A stretch of DNA of 64,000 nucleotides. It comes from Candidatus Dadabacteria bacterium. GTDB lineage: Bacteria; Desulfobacterota_D; UBA1144; Nemesobacterales; Nemesobacteraceae. The stretch spans positions 6,521 through 70,520 of the forward strand of contig JAJEGO010000014.1 in the NCBI GenBank assembly GCA_022819805.1. The letters run 5' to 3'. A model generated the notes under the pieces. That model searched no databases, was not told where the DNA came from, and worked only from the letters and a program-made list of their open reading frames with translations. Both the position numbers and the translations under genes were made by a program. Positions 33,298 to 42,123 of the stretch are shown here, in pieces; the stretch's first letter is position 1; every line of letters begins with the position of its first letter.

Positions 33298-34268
33298 GAT
33301 CTGTCATCACTGAAAGCCGGACGCCTGCCCAAATGGGCATTCGCAAGAAACCCGGATGGATAAAGGCCAAAATCCCGAGCGGTCAGAATTACACCAGACT
33401 CAGGGGCCTTGTGCGCGAACTTGGTCTTCACACAGTGTGCGAGGAGGCGAAGTGTCCCAACATAGGCGAGTGCTGGGGAGCCGGCACTCTTACCTTCATG
33501 ATTCTGGGGGACGTCTGCACGAGAAGCTGCGGTTTCTGCCATGTCAAGACTGGAAAGGGCGGCGAGCTTGACTGGGATGAACCTGCCAGAGTGGCAAAGG
33601 CGGTTGGAGAGCTTCAGAAAAACAACGCGCAGGTGACTCACGTAGTCATAACTTCTGTGAACAGGGATGACAGGAATTATGAAAGCGCATGTATATTCGC
33701 GCAGACCGTTAATGAAGTGAGAACCAGGGTTCCGGGCATAAAGATTGAAGTTCTTATCCCTGATTTTAAAGGGGAGGAAGAAGCGATTGAAAAAGTGATA
33801 GAATCGTCTCCCGACGTTCTGAATCACAATATTGAAACCGTCCCGAGACTTTACTCCCTGCCGCAGAAAACCCAGTCGGGAAGAACAAGGTCCGTAAGGC
33901 CCCAGGCGGTTTACCGAAGGTCTCTTGAGCTTCTTTCGATGTCCTCAAGCGGGGGAAATCCCGCAATGCTTACCAAATCGGGCATCATGGTCGGTCTTGG
34001 AGAGAGCTACGAGGAGATTGTCGAAACGCTCGGCGACCTCAAGCGTGCAGGATGCGACATAGTCACCATAGGCCAGTACCTTCAGCCCACGGTTGACCAT
34101 ATACCCGTATCAAGGTTCTATCATCCCGTTGAGTTCGAATCTCTTAAAAGCTACGGGGAAAAGATAGTCGGCATCCCGCATGTGGAGGCCGGGCCTCTTG
34201 TGAGAAGTTCCTATCACGCGGAAAAGCAGGTTTTCGAACTTTCCCGCAATATTATGACTGGAACTTGA
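33294..34268 (+). CDS. lipA: Lipoyl synthase LipA (radical SAM)
   Basis: CPNIGECW auxiliary cluster motif and the CTRSCGFC radical-SAM motif. Confidence 0.9.
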   Translation: MRSVITESRTPAQMGIRKKPGWIKAKIPSGQNYTRLRGLVRELGLHTVCEEAKCPNIGECWGAGTLTFMILGDVCTRSCGFCHVKTGKGGELDWDEPARVAKAVGELQKNNAQVTHVVITSVNRDDRNYESACIFAQTVNEVRTRVPGIKIEVLIPDFKGEEEAIEKVIESSPDVLNHNIETVPRLYSLPQKTQSGRTRSVRPQAVYRRSLELLSMSSSGGNPAMLTKSGIMVGLGESYEEIVETLGDLKRAGCDIVTIGQYLQPTVDHIPVSRFYHPVEFESLKSYGEKIVGIPHVEAGPLVRSSYHAEKQVFELSRNIMTGT

Positions 34269-34334
34269 AAATATATTTCCGCTTCCTGTCATAAAACCGG
34301 AGTCTGGGCTTGCTCCCAGTGGGGGATTCGCCGT

Positions 34335-35456
34335 TTAGTTGACGAGCTTTCTGAACTCTTCTGCGATCGCTTCCAGTTTTTCCTCGGAAATCCCGTAGTC
34401 CTCGGAAATCCTCTTTATTTCCTTGGAGGATATCTGCGGTTTTGTGGTTTTTTCCGTTACGGGTTCCCTTTTTTCCCTGTCAATGAGTAGCTTCGCCACG
34501 TCCCACCTTGAGTAGTGGCCCAGAGAATCAAAAACCGCTTTTACCGCCTTTATCTGGTTAGCGTAACAGTCGGCGTAGAGTATGGCGTCTTTTTCGAAAT
34601 GGGGAGGGAACAGATACCTGCCGGCGGGATTGACAATTGAGCTTCCTCCCCGGGCCCAGTCGTAGTTCATGTGGTTGCCGTCGCGCACGTAATGCCATCT
34701 TTCGGGAAAATCGTCATCGTCGAGGTAGCCGCATGCGCTCAGCACGAACGCCCCTGATTCAAACGCGTGAACCCTTATGAGCGGCTGCACGGTACATCCC
34801 GCTCCTGGATCCTCCGTTTCGGCGGCTAGCAGTTTCTCGTCCCCTCTCCTCCAGTTCCCCGGCCACACCGCCACGTGGAAATCCTGCCCGCTGTAAACCA
34901 TGGCTGCTCTCACGAGCACCATGTGGTTCTCCCAGCAGACCAGCCCCCCTATTCTTCCTATGTCTGTGTCGTAGGTGGCTATGTCGCTTCCATCCCCCTG
35001 GCCCCAGTAGGTCCTCTCGGTGTAGGTTGGCATGAGCTTTCTGTGTTTGCCTAGTATCTTGCCTTCGCGCGATATGAAAAGAAGAGAGTTGTAAACGGTG
35101 CGGCTTCCCTTGCGGTCGTCAAGCTCATTGCAGCCTATCACCACGTGGGCGTCGGCCGCGCGTGCGGCTTCCGCGAGCATCTCGGTGTCGTCTCCGGGAA
35201 TAACTATTGAGTTATCCTGGAGGGCGATCATGAAGTCCGTCCAGTCATGCGGCGGAGTTTCGTAACCGACCGTGTAGTAGGCAGGGTAGCCGGGTATGAA
35301 GGCTTCGGGAAAAGCGATGAGCTCTGCCCCGTTGTCCCCCGCTTCCTTTATAACGCGACAGGCTTTCTCAAGGGTCCGCTCCTTGTCCATGAATACGGGA
35401 GCCGTCTGAGCGACCGCGATTTTTACTTTTTCCCTACCGCCTAGAACTTTTCTCAT
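34335..35456 (-). CDS. Nitrilase-superfamily enzyme (nitrilase/cyanide hydratase branch) with a roughly 90-aa C-terminal extension
   Basis: Catalytic triad context AFPEAF (Glu), HRKL (Lys), GGLVCWENHM (Cys). The tail PQISSKEIKRISEDYGISEEKLEAIAEEFRKLVN is not found in canonical nitrilases. Confidence 0.7.
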   Translation of the reverse strand: MRKVLGGREKVKIAVAQTAPVFMDKERTLEKACRVIKEAGDNGAELIAFPEAFIPGYPAYYTVGYETPPHDWTDFMIALQDNSIVIPGDDTEMLAEAARAADAHVVIGCNELDDRKGSRTVYNSLLFISREGKILGKHRKLMPTYTERTYWGQGDGSDIATYDTDIGRIGGLVCWENHMVLVRAAMVYSGQDFHVAVWPGNWRRGDEKLLAAETEDPGAGCTVQPLIRVHAFESGAFVLSACGYLDDDDFPERWHYVRDGNHMNYDWARGGSSIVNPAGRYLFPPHFEKDAILYADCYANQIKAVKAVFDSLGHYSRWDVAKLLIDREKREPVTEKTTKPQISSKEIKRISEDYGISEEKLEAIAEEFRKLVN

Positions 35457-35478
35457 GAGTCTTGGGCTGCGGGTGGGC

Positions 35479-35883
35479 TCAGGTTATTATCCTGCTTCCG
35501 CCCGGGGATTCTCCCCCTTCGGCTTGCCTCTGCTGGTTCTCCCTGGCCCTCGCGTAGATGAGATCGAACAGTCTCTGCTTGAAATCGTTATCGAAAGCGC
35601 ACACTCCTGGGATTATGTATCCCATAAGGGCTATCTGGAGAAAATATTCAGTGTTTGCCTTGAGAAAGGACTCGTTTATCTCGCCGCCGTATGCCTGTGC
35701 GAAATTCTGGTATATCTGGTTGCCGAGTTCGGTCGCTATCTCGACGACGCTTTTTGACTGACCTGACGACTGATGGGCCGCTACTCCAAGGTTAAAAGCC
35801 ATGTTTATGGAGTTCATGAAGTTGTCCGCGACCGATTCTTCCGGGTTTGTCTCCTCTTGCGGCTTTGTTTCTTCTTCTGACAT
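35479..35883 (-). CDS. Hypothetical protein (acidic N-terminus), directly upstream of and co-oriented with the nitrilase gene
   Basis: 134-aa ORF with normal codon usage. No motif recognised. Confidence 0.3.
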   Translation of the reverse strand: MSEEETKPQEETNPEESVADNFMNSINMAFNLGVAAHQSSGQSKSVVEIATELGNQIYQNFAQAYGGEINESFLKANTEYFLQIALMGYIIPGVCAFDNDFKQRLFDLIYARARENQQRQAEGGESPGGSRIIT

Positions 35884-35975
35884 TTGTACTCTCCCGTTAT
35901 TTGTATGGTTAAATCATCCTGCCGTATTATACTATATTGCTGCTTTGATTTTAACAATCTTGCTGGAGGAAAATT

Positions 35976-36449
35976 ATGAAAGCTGACCACCTTATACAGA
36001 GACTCGGGCTGAAAAAGCTTCCTGGGGAAGGGGGATACTACAAGGAGACTTACAGAAGCGACGAGATGGCAGGAGACGACCGCGATCTCTCAACCGCTAT
36101 CTACTACCTCATAACTTCCGAGGAGAATTCCAAGATGCACAGGGTGAGTTCGGACGAGATTTTCCATTTTTACTTCGGCGACCCGGTCCAGATACTGCTT
36201 CTCTATCCTACGGGAGAGTCAAGAGTATTGGTTATGGGTGACAATCTCCCCTCGGGGCAGAAACCCCAGCTTGTCGTCCCTAAGGGAACCTGGCGGGGCG
36301 CCATGGTGGTTGAGGGAGATTGCGGATACGCTTTTATGGGAACTACAATGGCTCCGGGGTTTGAGTTCGAGGACTTTGAACTCGGCGCGCAGGAGAGCCT
36401 CCTGCTGCGGTTTCCCCAGCATGAAATCCTGATACGGGAGCTTACCTAA
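35976..36449 (+). CDS. Cupin-fold protein, DUF985 family
   Basis: LPGEGGYYKETYRS...TAIYYLITS...HRVSSDEIFHFYFGDP...PGFEFEDFEL pattern. Confidence 0.55.
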   Translation: MKADHLIQRLGLKKLPGEGGYYKETYRSDEMAGDDRDLSTAIYYLITSEENSKMHRVSSDEIFHFYFGDPVQILLLYPTGESRVLVMGDNLPSGQKPQLVVPKGTWRGAMVVEGDCGYAFMGTTMAPGFEFEDFELGAQESLLLRFPQHEILIRELT

Positions 36450-36483
36450 ACGGGGGAGAGAGATTTCAGGGTCGGAAAAACCG

Positions 36484-36867
36484 GTCATTTTTTTTGACGG
36501 CGTGTGCGGAGGCTGCAACAGGTTCGTCGATTTCGTCATGTGGGCGGATAGTCATGCGGAAATATTTTTTTCCCCGCTGCAGGGCGAGACCGCCGCTGAG
36601 TTTTCCCTGTATCGAAACGAGTCTCCACGCGAGTGGATGATTGCCTACGTTGACGAAAAGGGGATTTACGAGGGCGCCGATGCCGTTTTGCTCATCCTCA
36701 GAAGGCTTGGGGGGCTCTGGATGCTTCCCGCGCTCCTCCTGTATATCCCCCGGCCGGTAAAGGATTATTTTTACGGAATCGTATCGAGGAACCGCTATAG
36801 GATTTTCGGCAAGAGGGAGACCTGCCGCGTGCCCTCTCCCGAGGAGAGGGACAGATTTCTGCCCTAG
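36484..36867 (+). CDS. DCC1-like thiol-disulfide oxidoreductase family protein (DUF393)
   Basis: (V)IFFDGVCGGCNRFVDFV CxxC N-terminus. C-terminus P..VKDYFYGIVSRNRYRIFGKRETCRVPSPEERDRFL. The start codon is uncertain; ATT/GTC lie in frame at 36484-36489 and GTG at 36502. Confidence 0.5.
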   Translation, partial: VIFFDGVCGGCNRFVDFVMWADSHAEIFFSPLQGETAAEFSLYRNESPREWMIAYVDEKGIYEGADAVLLILRRLGGLWMLPALLLYIPRPVKDYFYGIVSRNRYRIFGKRETCRVPSPEERDRFLP

Positions 36868-36930
36868 AGAGGTTTTTTGATAAATTTTTCCGTATATGTA
36901 TATTGAAGCGGAGGAGGATTTTCATCCGAG

Positions 36931-37563
36931 ATGCCTTCACTTGAAGAACTTGTTTCAGCCGACGAAACCGCAAGCGAGATAGCCCGCGCGAGCGAAATCG
37001 CCCGTGAGGAGTGGGAGAAAATACGGGTTTCCCTGGCCCTCTGCGGCGATACGGGAGATTTCCGCGGGGATGATTTCATGCTCGGGACAATTTCGGGGGA
37101 AACCATAGCGCGCGAGCCGCTTGGAAGTCCCACAAAATCCGTTTCGCTTTACTCTCCCACCTACTATCCGATGTATCTGGTGGAGAACCTGCGCGAGTTC
37201 CGGGAGAAGTTCCCGGAGAAAAACTACCGGACGACGGAGGCCCTGTACGTTTACGTCGAGCTTGTGAACGCGGCCGCCCTGAGGCTCGGCCTTGAGGGAA
37301 CCCTGGCGATGGGGTTTGCCAGTGGCTACGCGAACGTCAGAACGGGATGGATAGCGGAGAAGGGGCTTGCGGAGGAAAGCGCCGTATTCTCCGAAATGTT
37401 TTTTTCCGACAGGCCGAAGAAATACGACTGGGATTTTCACTGGACCTCGGTCAGGCAGAGATTCGGGGAAATATACGAAAAATTCATTGCATGGCAGGAC
37501 TCCCCAGCCCTCTACCTCAGCGAGTCGAAGTCCAAGGCGGTCGTAAAGCCCTTCATCGTCTAG
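36931..37563 (+). CDS. Hypothetical protein
   Basis: 210-aa ORF, no recognised motif. It converges on dnaB with a 4-bp overlap. Confidence 0.3.
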   Translation: MPSLEELVSADETASEIARASEIAREEWEKIRVSLALCGDTGDFRGDDFMLGTISGETIAREPLGSPTKSVSLYSPTYYPMYLVENLREFREKFPEKNYRTTEALYVYVELVNAAALRLGLEGTLAMGFASGYANVRTGWIAEKGLAEESAVFSEMFFSDRPKKYDWDFHWTSVRQRFGEIYEKFIAWQDSPALYLSESKSKAVVKPFIV

Positions 37564-38915
37564 ACGAATCCCTCTTCGAATTCGTCGGAGGGGTTCTCGA
37601 AGCTCGGAACCCCGTTTTGCTCCAGAAACACAAGTTTCACGGTGCCCGTGGGGCCGTTTCTCTGTTTTCCGATTATGAGTTCCGCCATGCCGTCTTTTTC
37701 CTCGGGGTTTTTCCTGTATATGTCCTGGCGGTGAATGAAAAGCACGACATCTGCGTCCTGCTCTATGGCGCCGCTTTCCCTCAGGTCCGAGAGCTGGGGG
37801 CGGCGGTCGGTTCTCGCCTCGGTCTGGCGGCTTAGCTGCGAGATTCCTATTACCGGAACTTCTAGCTCCTTGGCGAGCGCCTTAAGCGCGCCCGAGATCT
37901 CGGCTATCTCTCTTTCCCGGGTTTCATTTCTCGAACTGCCCTTCATGAGCTGCAGGTAGTCGACCACGATCAGGTCGAGACGGTTGTCTTTTTTGAGCCG
38001 CCTGGCCTTAGCCCTTATCTCAAGCACCGTGAGCGCCGGGGTGTCGTCTATGAATATGTTCGCGCTTGCGTACCTTTCGGCCGAATCAAACAGCCTCTGA
38101 AGGTCGTCGTCCCTTATGTACCCGCTTCTCATCGCCGAAAAGCTGACTTTCGAGTTTATGGAGAGAAGCCTGAGCATGAGCTGTTCCTTGGTCATCTCAA
38201 GGGAGAACATGGCGACTGAGAGCTCCTCGTTCACTGCGGCGTTGCTTATTATATTGAGGCAAAGCGAAGTTTTTCCGGCGCCGGGACGGGCGGCAATTAT
38301 GACGAGATCTGATTTCTGAAGGCCCGACGTGAGGTGGTCGAGTCTCTCAAAGCCGGTTCTTATGCCGGTAATGAGCTCTTTTTTCTCGTGGAGCCGCTCG
38401 ATGTTCTCCAGCGCCACCGGCGCAAGGTCCCTTGAATGCCAGAAGCTCGGCTTTATCTTGTTCTGGGCGATATCGAGGATTGACTGCTCCGCCCTGTCGA
38501 TAAACTCGTCGACCTCTATGTCGGGTCCGTACCCGCGGTGTGCTATGTCGGTTGCGGTGAGTACCAGCCTTCTCAGGACCGACTTGTCTTTGACTATCCT
38601 GGCGTAATGGGCGACGTTCTCCGCCGTGGGAACGGTCGAGGTGAGGTAGGTGAGGTAGGCGGCTCCCCCGATTTCCTCTATGATTCCCTTCGAGCTCATC
38701 CACTCATACAGGGTAAGAACGTCGATGGCGTTGCCTTCCCTGTCGAGGTCTATCATGCAGCTCATTATCTTGGAGTGGTTCTCGTTGTAGAAGTCCTCGG
38801 CTATCAGGATTTCAAGAACCTGGTTTATCGAGCTGTTTTCAATGAGAATGGAACCCAGTACCGCGCGTTCCGCTTCCTCGTTGCTTGGAAGAGGGGATTT
38901 CGTTAAATTCTCCAT
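37560..38915 (-). CDS. dnaB: Replicative DNA helicase DnaB
   Basis: N-terminal EAERAVLGSIL. Walker A GARPGAGKTS. RecA-like C-terminal domain. Confidence 0.9.
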   Translation of the reverse strand: MENLTKSPLPSNEEAERAVLGSILIENSSINQVLEILIAEDFYNENHSKIMSCMIDLDREGNAIDVLTLYEWMSSKGIIEEIGGAAYLTYLTSTVPTAENVAHYARIVKDKSVLRRLVLTATDIAHRGYGPDIEVDEFIDRAEQSILDIAQNKIKPSFWHSRDLAPVALENIERLHEKKELITGIRTGFERLDHLTSGLQKSDLVIIAARPGAGKTSLCLNIISNAAVNEELSVAMFSLEMTKEQLMLRLLSINSKVSFSAMRSGYIRDDDLQRLFDSAERYASANIFIDDTPALTVLEIRAKARRLKKDNRLDLIVVDYLQLMKGSSRNETREREIAEISGALKALAKELEVPVIGISQLSRQTEARTDRRPQLSDLRESGAIEQDADVVLFIHRQDIYRKNPEEKDGMAELIIGKQRNGPTGTVKLVFLEQNGVPSFENPSDEFEEGFV

Positions 38916-38956
38916 CGTTTGAGGTTACCTTATGTTCCGCCTGTCCGATGGTTTTT

Positions 38957-40285
38957 TCATTCCTCTATCAGAACCACTCCCACGTCCATTACGTTTGTTC
39001 CGGTGCTCCCGGTTTTTATAAGATCTCCAAGGGTTTCAAAAAAAGAGTACGAATCATTGTCGGCGAGGTGGTCTCTCGCGCTTATGCCCATCGATCTCGC
39101 TATCAGGCGCGACTGTCCGTCGCATATCGCCCCGGCGGCGTCGGTGGGACCGTCTATTCCGTCGGTTCCGGCGAAAAGCCCCACGATTCCCTTGCTTCCT
39201 ATTATCTCAAAGCAGAAGGAGAGAGCGGTTTCGGTGTTGCGTCCGCCCCGTCCCCTTCCCGTCACGTTCACGGTTGTCTCTCCCCCGAAAAGTATGCAGG
39301 CGGGTTTTTTGACTGGCCTGCCGAACCTCTTTACGTCAAAGGAGATTCCCGCAAGCACCTTGGCCACCTCCCTAGCCTCTCCCGATATCTGGGAGGAAAG
39401 GAAAAGCGTGTTGTACCCCATTTCCTTCGCCTTCTTCTCCATGGAGGCTATGGCCTTGTGATTGTTTCCGACGACAACCGTGGTGGCTCCGCTGTGCTCG
39501 TACTGCTCGCGGTCCATGGTTGGGGGGACGGTATTGCTTCTTCCCTTCTCAAGCTGCACCACCACCCTCGGGGGGATTCTGTGCTCAAGTTCAAGCGCTT
39601 CTATGACTCGCCACGCGTCTTCATGGGTCGTGGTGTCGGGAACCGTGGGTCCCGAGGCTATGAATTCGAGCCGGTCGCCCACGACATCCGAGAGAATCAG
39701 GGTGATGACCTGCGATGGAAGGGCTTTTTTAAGAAGTCCTCCTCCTTTTATCTGCGACATCTTCTTTCTCACGGTGTTAAGGCCGTAGGTGTCGACCCCG
39801 CTTAGCATCAGTCTCTGGGTCACCGCCCTTTTATCCTCTATGGTGAGTCCTTCGCTCGGCATAGCGAGTATCGAGCTTCCGCCTCCCGATATAAGGAAGA
39901 TAACGAGATCCCGCTCCCCCGATCTCTCGAGAAGCGAAACCACCTCTTTTGCCGCCTCGACGCTTTTTTCATCCGGCACCGGGTGAGAGGAGAGATGAAA
40001 ATTCATTTTCTGAAATACCTGCTCCGAGCGGACGTTCGATACCACTATCCCTTCGGTTATCCGGTCGCCGAGAAGCCCCTCAAGCGCCGCGGCCATCGAA
40101 GACGCGGCCTTTCCGAAGGCCACTAGGTAGAGCGATTCGAAACCGGAGAGATCGAAGCTCTTCCCTCCGACCCTGAGCCGCTTCCCTCTGAGCTTAATGT
40201 GCTCCAGGACGCATTTCCCCGGGTCGGCCTCCCTGAGCGCCTGATCAAAAAGCTCCCTTGCGTCTTTTCTCAGTTTTTCACTCAT
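38957..40285 (-). CDS. Glycerate 2-kinase, MOFRL family (GckA/TtuD-like)
   Basis: 442 aa. The N-terminus RELFDQALREADPGKCVLEHI and a C-terminal MOFRL-like domain are typical of the hydroxypyruvate reductase/glycerate kinase family. Confidence 0.7.
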   Translation of the reverse strand: MSEKLRKDARELFDQALREADPGKCVLEHIKLRGKRLRVGGKSFDLSGFESLYLVAFGKAASSMAAALEGLLGDRITEGIVVSNVRSEQVFQKMNFHLSSHPVPDEKSVEAAKEVVSLLERSGERDLVIFLISGGGSSILAMPSEGLTIEDKRAVTQRLMLSGVDTYGLNTVRKKMSQIKGGGLLKKALPSQVITLILSDVVGDRLEFIASGPTVPDTTTHEDAWRVIEALELEHRIPPRVVVQLEKGRSNTVPPTMDREQYEHSGATTVVVGNNHKAIASMEKKAKEMGYNTLFLSSQISGEAREVAKVLAGISFDVKRFGRPVKKPACILFGGETTVNVTGRGRGGRNTETALSFCFEIIGSKGIVGLFAGTDGIDGPTDAAGAICDGQSRLIARSMGISARDHLADNDSYSFFETLGDLIKTGSTGTNVMDVGVVLIEE

Positions 40286-40758
40286 CCGCTTCTCTTGATT
40301 TTATCGACTATTCTGTCAACTTCTGTTTCCGTAAGATTCTCGTAAAGGGTGTCGTCCACAAGCATGGCGGGAGCCGTTCCGCAGGAGGCAAGACACTCCG
40401 CCTCGAGAAGGGTTATTTTTCCGTCTGCGGTCGTTTCCCCGGTTTTTACCCCGAGGCGCCTGCAGAGGTGATGCTCCAGGCCCTCGGCTCCGCGAAGGGC
40501 GCAGGAAAGTGTTCTGCAAAGCCACATTACGTGGGTTCCGACCGGCTCCGTGAAGAACATGGTGTAAAACGACGCTACGTTCTGAACCGAGGAGGGGGGG
40601 ATATCAAGCGCCTCGGCGACCTCCTCCATGGATTCGTTGGAGAGCCAGCCGAATTCGTTCTGCACTTCCCGCAGGACGGGAATAAGCGCTGAGAGCCTGG
40701 TTTCGTGGTCATCAGCTATCTCTTGTATCTTATCTCTGAGTCTGGGGGGAAAGGGCAC
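40282..40758 (-). CDS. NuoE-like [2Fe-2S] thioredoxin-fold ferredoxin (complex I 24-kDa subunit family), stand-alone
   Basis: Four Cys in NuoE spacing (WLCRTLSC...EAECLASCGTAP). It overlaps the downstream glycerate kinase start by 4 bp. Confidence 0.65.
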   Translation of the reverse strand: MPFPPRLRDKIQEIADDHETRLSALIPVLREVQNEFGWLSNESMEEVAEALDIPPSSVQNVASFYTMFFTEPVGTHVMWLCRTLSCALRGAEGLEHHLCRRLGVKTGETTADGKITLLEAECLASCGTAPAMLVDDTLYENLTETEVDRIVDKIKRSG

Positions 40759-40891
40759 TCCGAACCTCCTTGCGACTTAAAGCCGGGAATTAAAAATTAA
40801 CATGATTTGCCATGACGGGCAAGGCGCGCGCCGGCGGGTTGAAGTTTAAATCGCAATTGAAGCTCGCAGGGGGGCGGTTAAAATTTCTCAC

Positions 40892-41467
40892 GTGTCGAAA
40901 AAAAGGATAACCAGCGTTTACACCGGCCTTGGAGATGACGGGAAAACTTCGCTTCTCGGCGGAAAGAGGGTAAGAAAATCCTCCCTGAGAGTGGAGGCGT
41001 ACGGCGAGGTGGATGAGCTTAACTCGGTCATTGGAGTTGCCTGCGGCAAAGCGGCCGATCCCAGGGTGAGGGATCTTCTGCGGGGAATACAGAACGCCCT
41101 TTTCACCGTGGGAAGCGATCTCGCAACCCCGCAGGATTCAACTTTTTCTCCGCCGAGAGTCACCGCTCAAATGGCGGAAAAACTTGAGGAGCAGATAGAC
41201 GCATTTCTGCCCGAGGTCGGGGAACTTCGGGAGTTTGTTTTGCCCGGAGGGGCTGAGGGCGCCGCTTACCTTCATCTCGCCCGCGCGGTCTGCAGGAGGG
41301 CCGAGAGAAGAGTTGAGGCGCTTTTTGAGGGATCAGAGGAGGGAAGGGAGACTCTGGTTTACCTTAACCGCCTCTCGGATCTTCTTTTCGTTCTTGCAAG
41401 GGTTGAGAACAAAGCCGCGGGGACGGGGGAGATCTTCGTCGATTTCGGGCGGGACGAGGATGGATGA
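40892..41467 (+). CDS. ATP:cob(I)alamin adenosyltransferase, PduO-type
   Basis: Family signatures TGLGDDGKTSL and RVEAYGEVDELNSVIGVA. Confidence 0.8.
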   Translation: MSKKRITSVYTGLGDDGKTSLLGGKRVRKSSLRVEAYGEVDELNSVIGVACGKAADPRVRDLLRGIQNALFTVGSDLATPQDSTFSPPRVTAQMAEKLEEQIDAFLPEVGELREFVLPGGAEGAAYLHLARAVCRRAERRVEALFEGSEEGRETLVYLNRLSDLLFVLARVENKAAGTGEIFVDFGRDEDG

Positions 41468-42105
41468 TGGACGAAGGCGCAGCCATAACAAACCCTGAAA
41501 TTGAGAACTACATCCGCTCTCTTTACCCCCGAGTCCACGAGGTTTTCTATGAAATGGAGAAACGGGCTGAGGGAAGCGACGTGAAAATAGTGGGTCCCAT
41601 TGTGGGAAGGTTCCTCTCCCAGATATGCCTTCTGCAAAAGCCGCGGAGCGTTTTCGAGATGGGTTCGGGGTTCGGGTACTCGGCCCTCTGGTTCTCCCTT
41701 TTCTTGGGCGACGAAGACCAGGTAATCTGCACGGACTGGCTTGAGGAAAACGGGGAGGCGGCGCGCGATTACTTCACGCGGGCCGGGCAGATTCACAAAC
41801 TCCGCTTTGTCTGCGGAGATGCTCTCGATATACTGGCGAATTCGGACCGTAAATTTGATATGATATTCAATGATATAGATAAGGAGAGCTACCCGCAGGT
41901 TATAGAACTTGCGCGGGAGAAGCTTAATCCCGGGGGAATGCTCATTACCGATAACGTGCTCTGGGGAGGAAGGGTCCTGGAGGGCGCAGGTTCTGAGAGC
42001 ACCGAGGGGGTTTTGGAATTTAACCGGCTTTTGTTCTCGGACCCGGAGTTTTTCTCCACGGTGGTTCCCCTTCGCGACGGGGTGGCGCTAAGCGTCAGGA
42101 TTTAA
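41464..42105 (+). CDS. Class I SAM-dependent O-methyltransferase (family 3, caffeoyl-CoA OMT-like)
   Basis: SAM motif VFEMGSGFGYSALW and acidic DMIFNDIDKESY. Confidence 0.7.
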   Translation: MMDEGAAITNPEIENYIRSLYPRVHEVFYEMEKRAEGSDVKIVGPIVGRFLSQICLLQKPRSVFEMGSGFGYSALWFSLFLGDEDQVICTDWLEENGEAARDYFTRAGQIHKLRFVCGDALDILANSDRKFDMIFNDIDKESYPQVIELAREKLNPGGMLITDNVLWGGRVLEGAGSESTEGVLEFNRLLFSDPEFFSTVVPLRDGVALSVRI

Positions 42106-42123
42106 CGGATATTTTGTTTCCCA

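Noticed and set aside
38885-39805. 306-aa plus-strand ORF antisense to the glycerate kinase gene
   Set aside because: The minus-strand ORF has clear family motifs and sensible operon coupling with nuoE-like. The antisense frame is a Gly/Arg-rich artefact.
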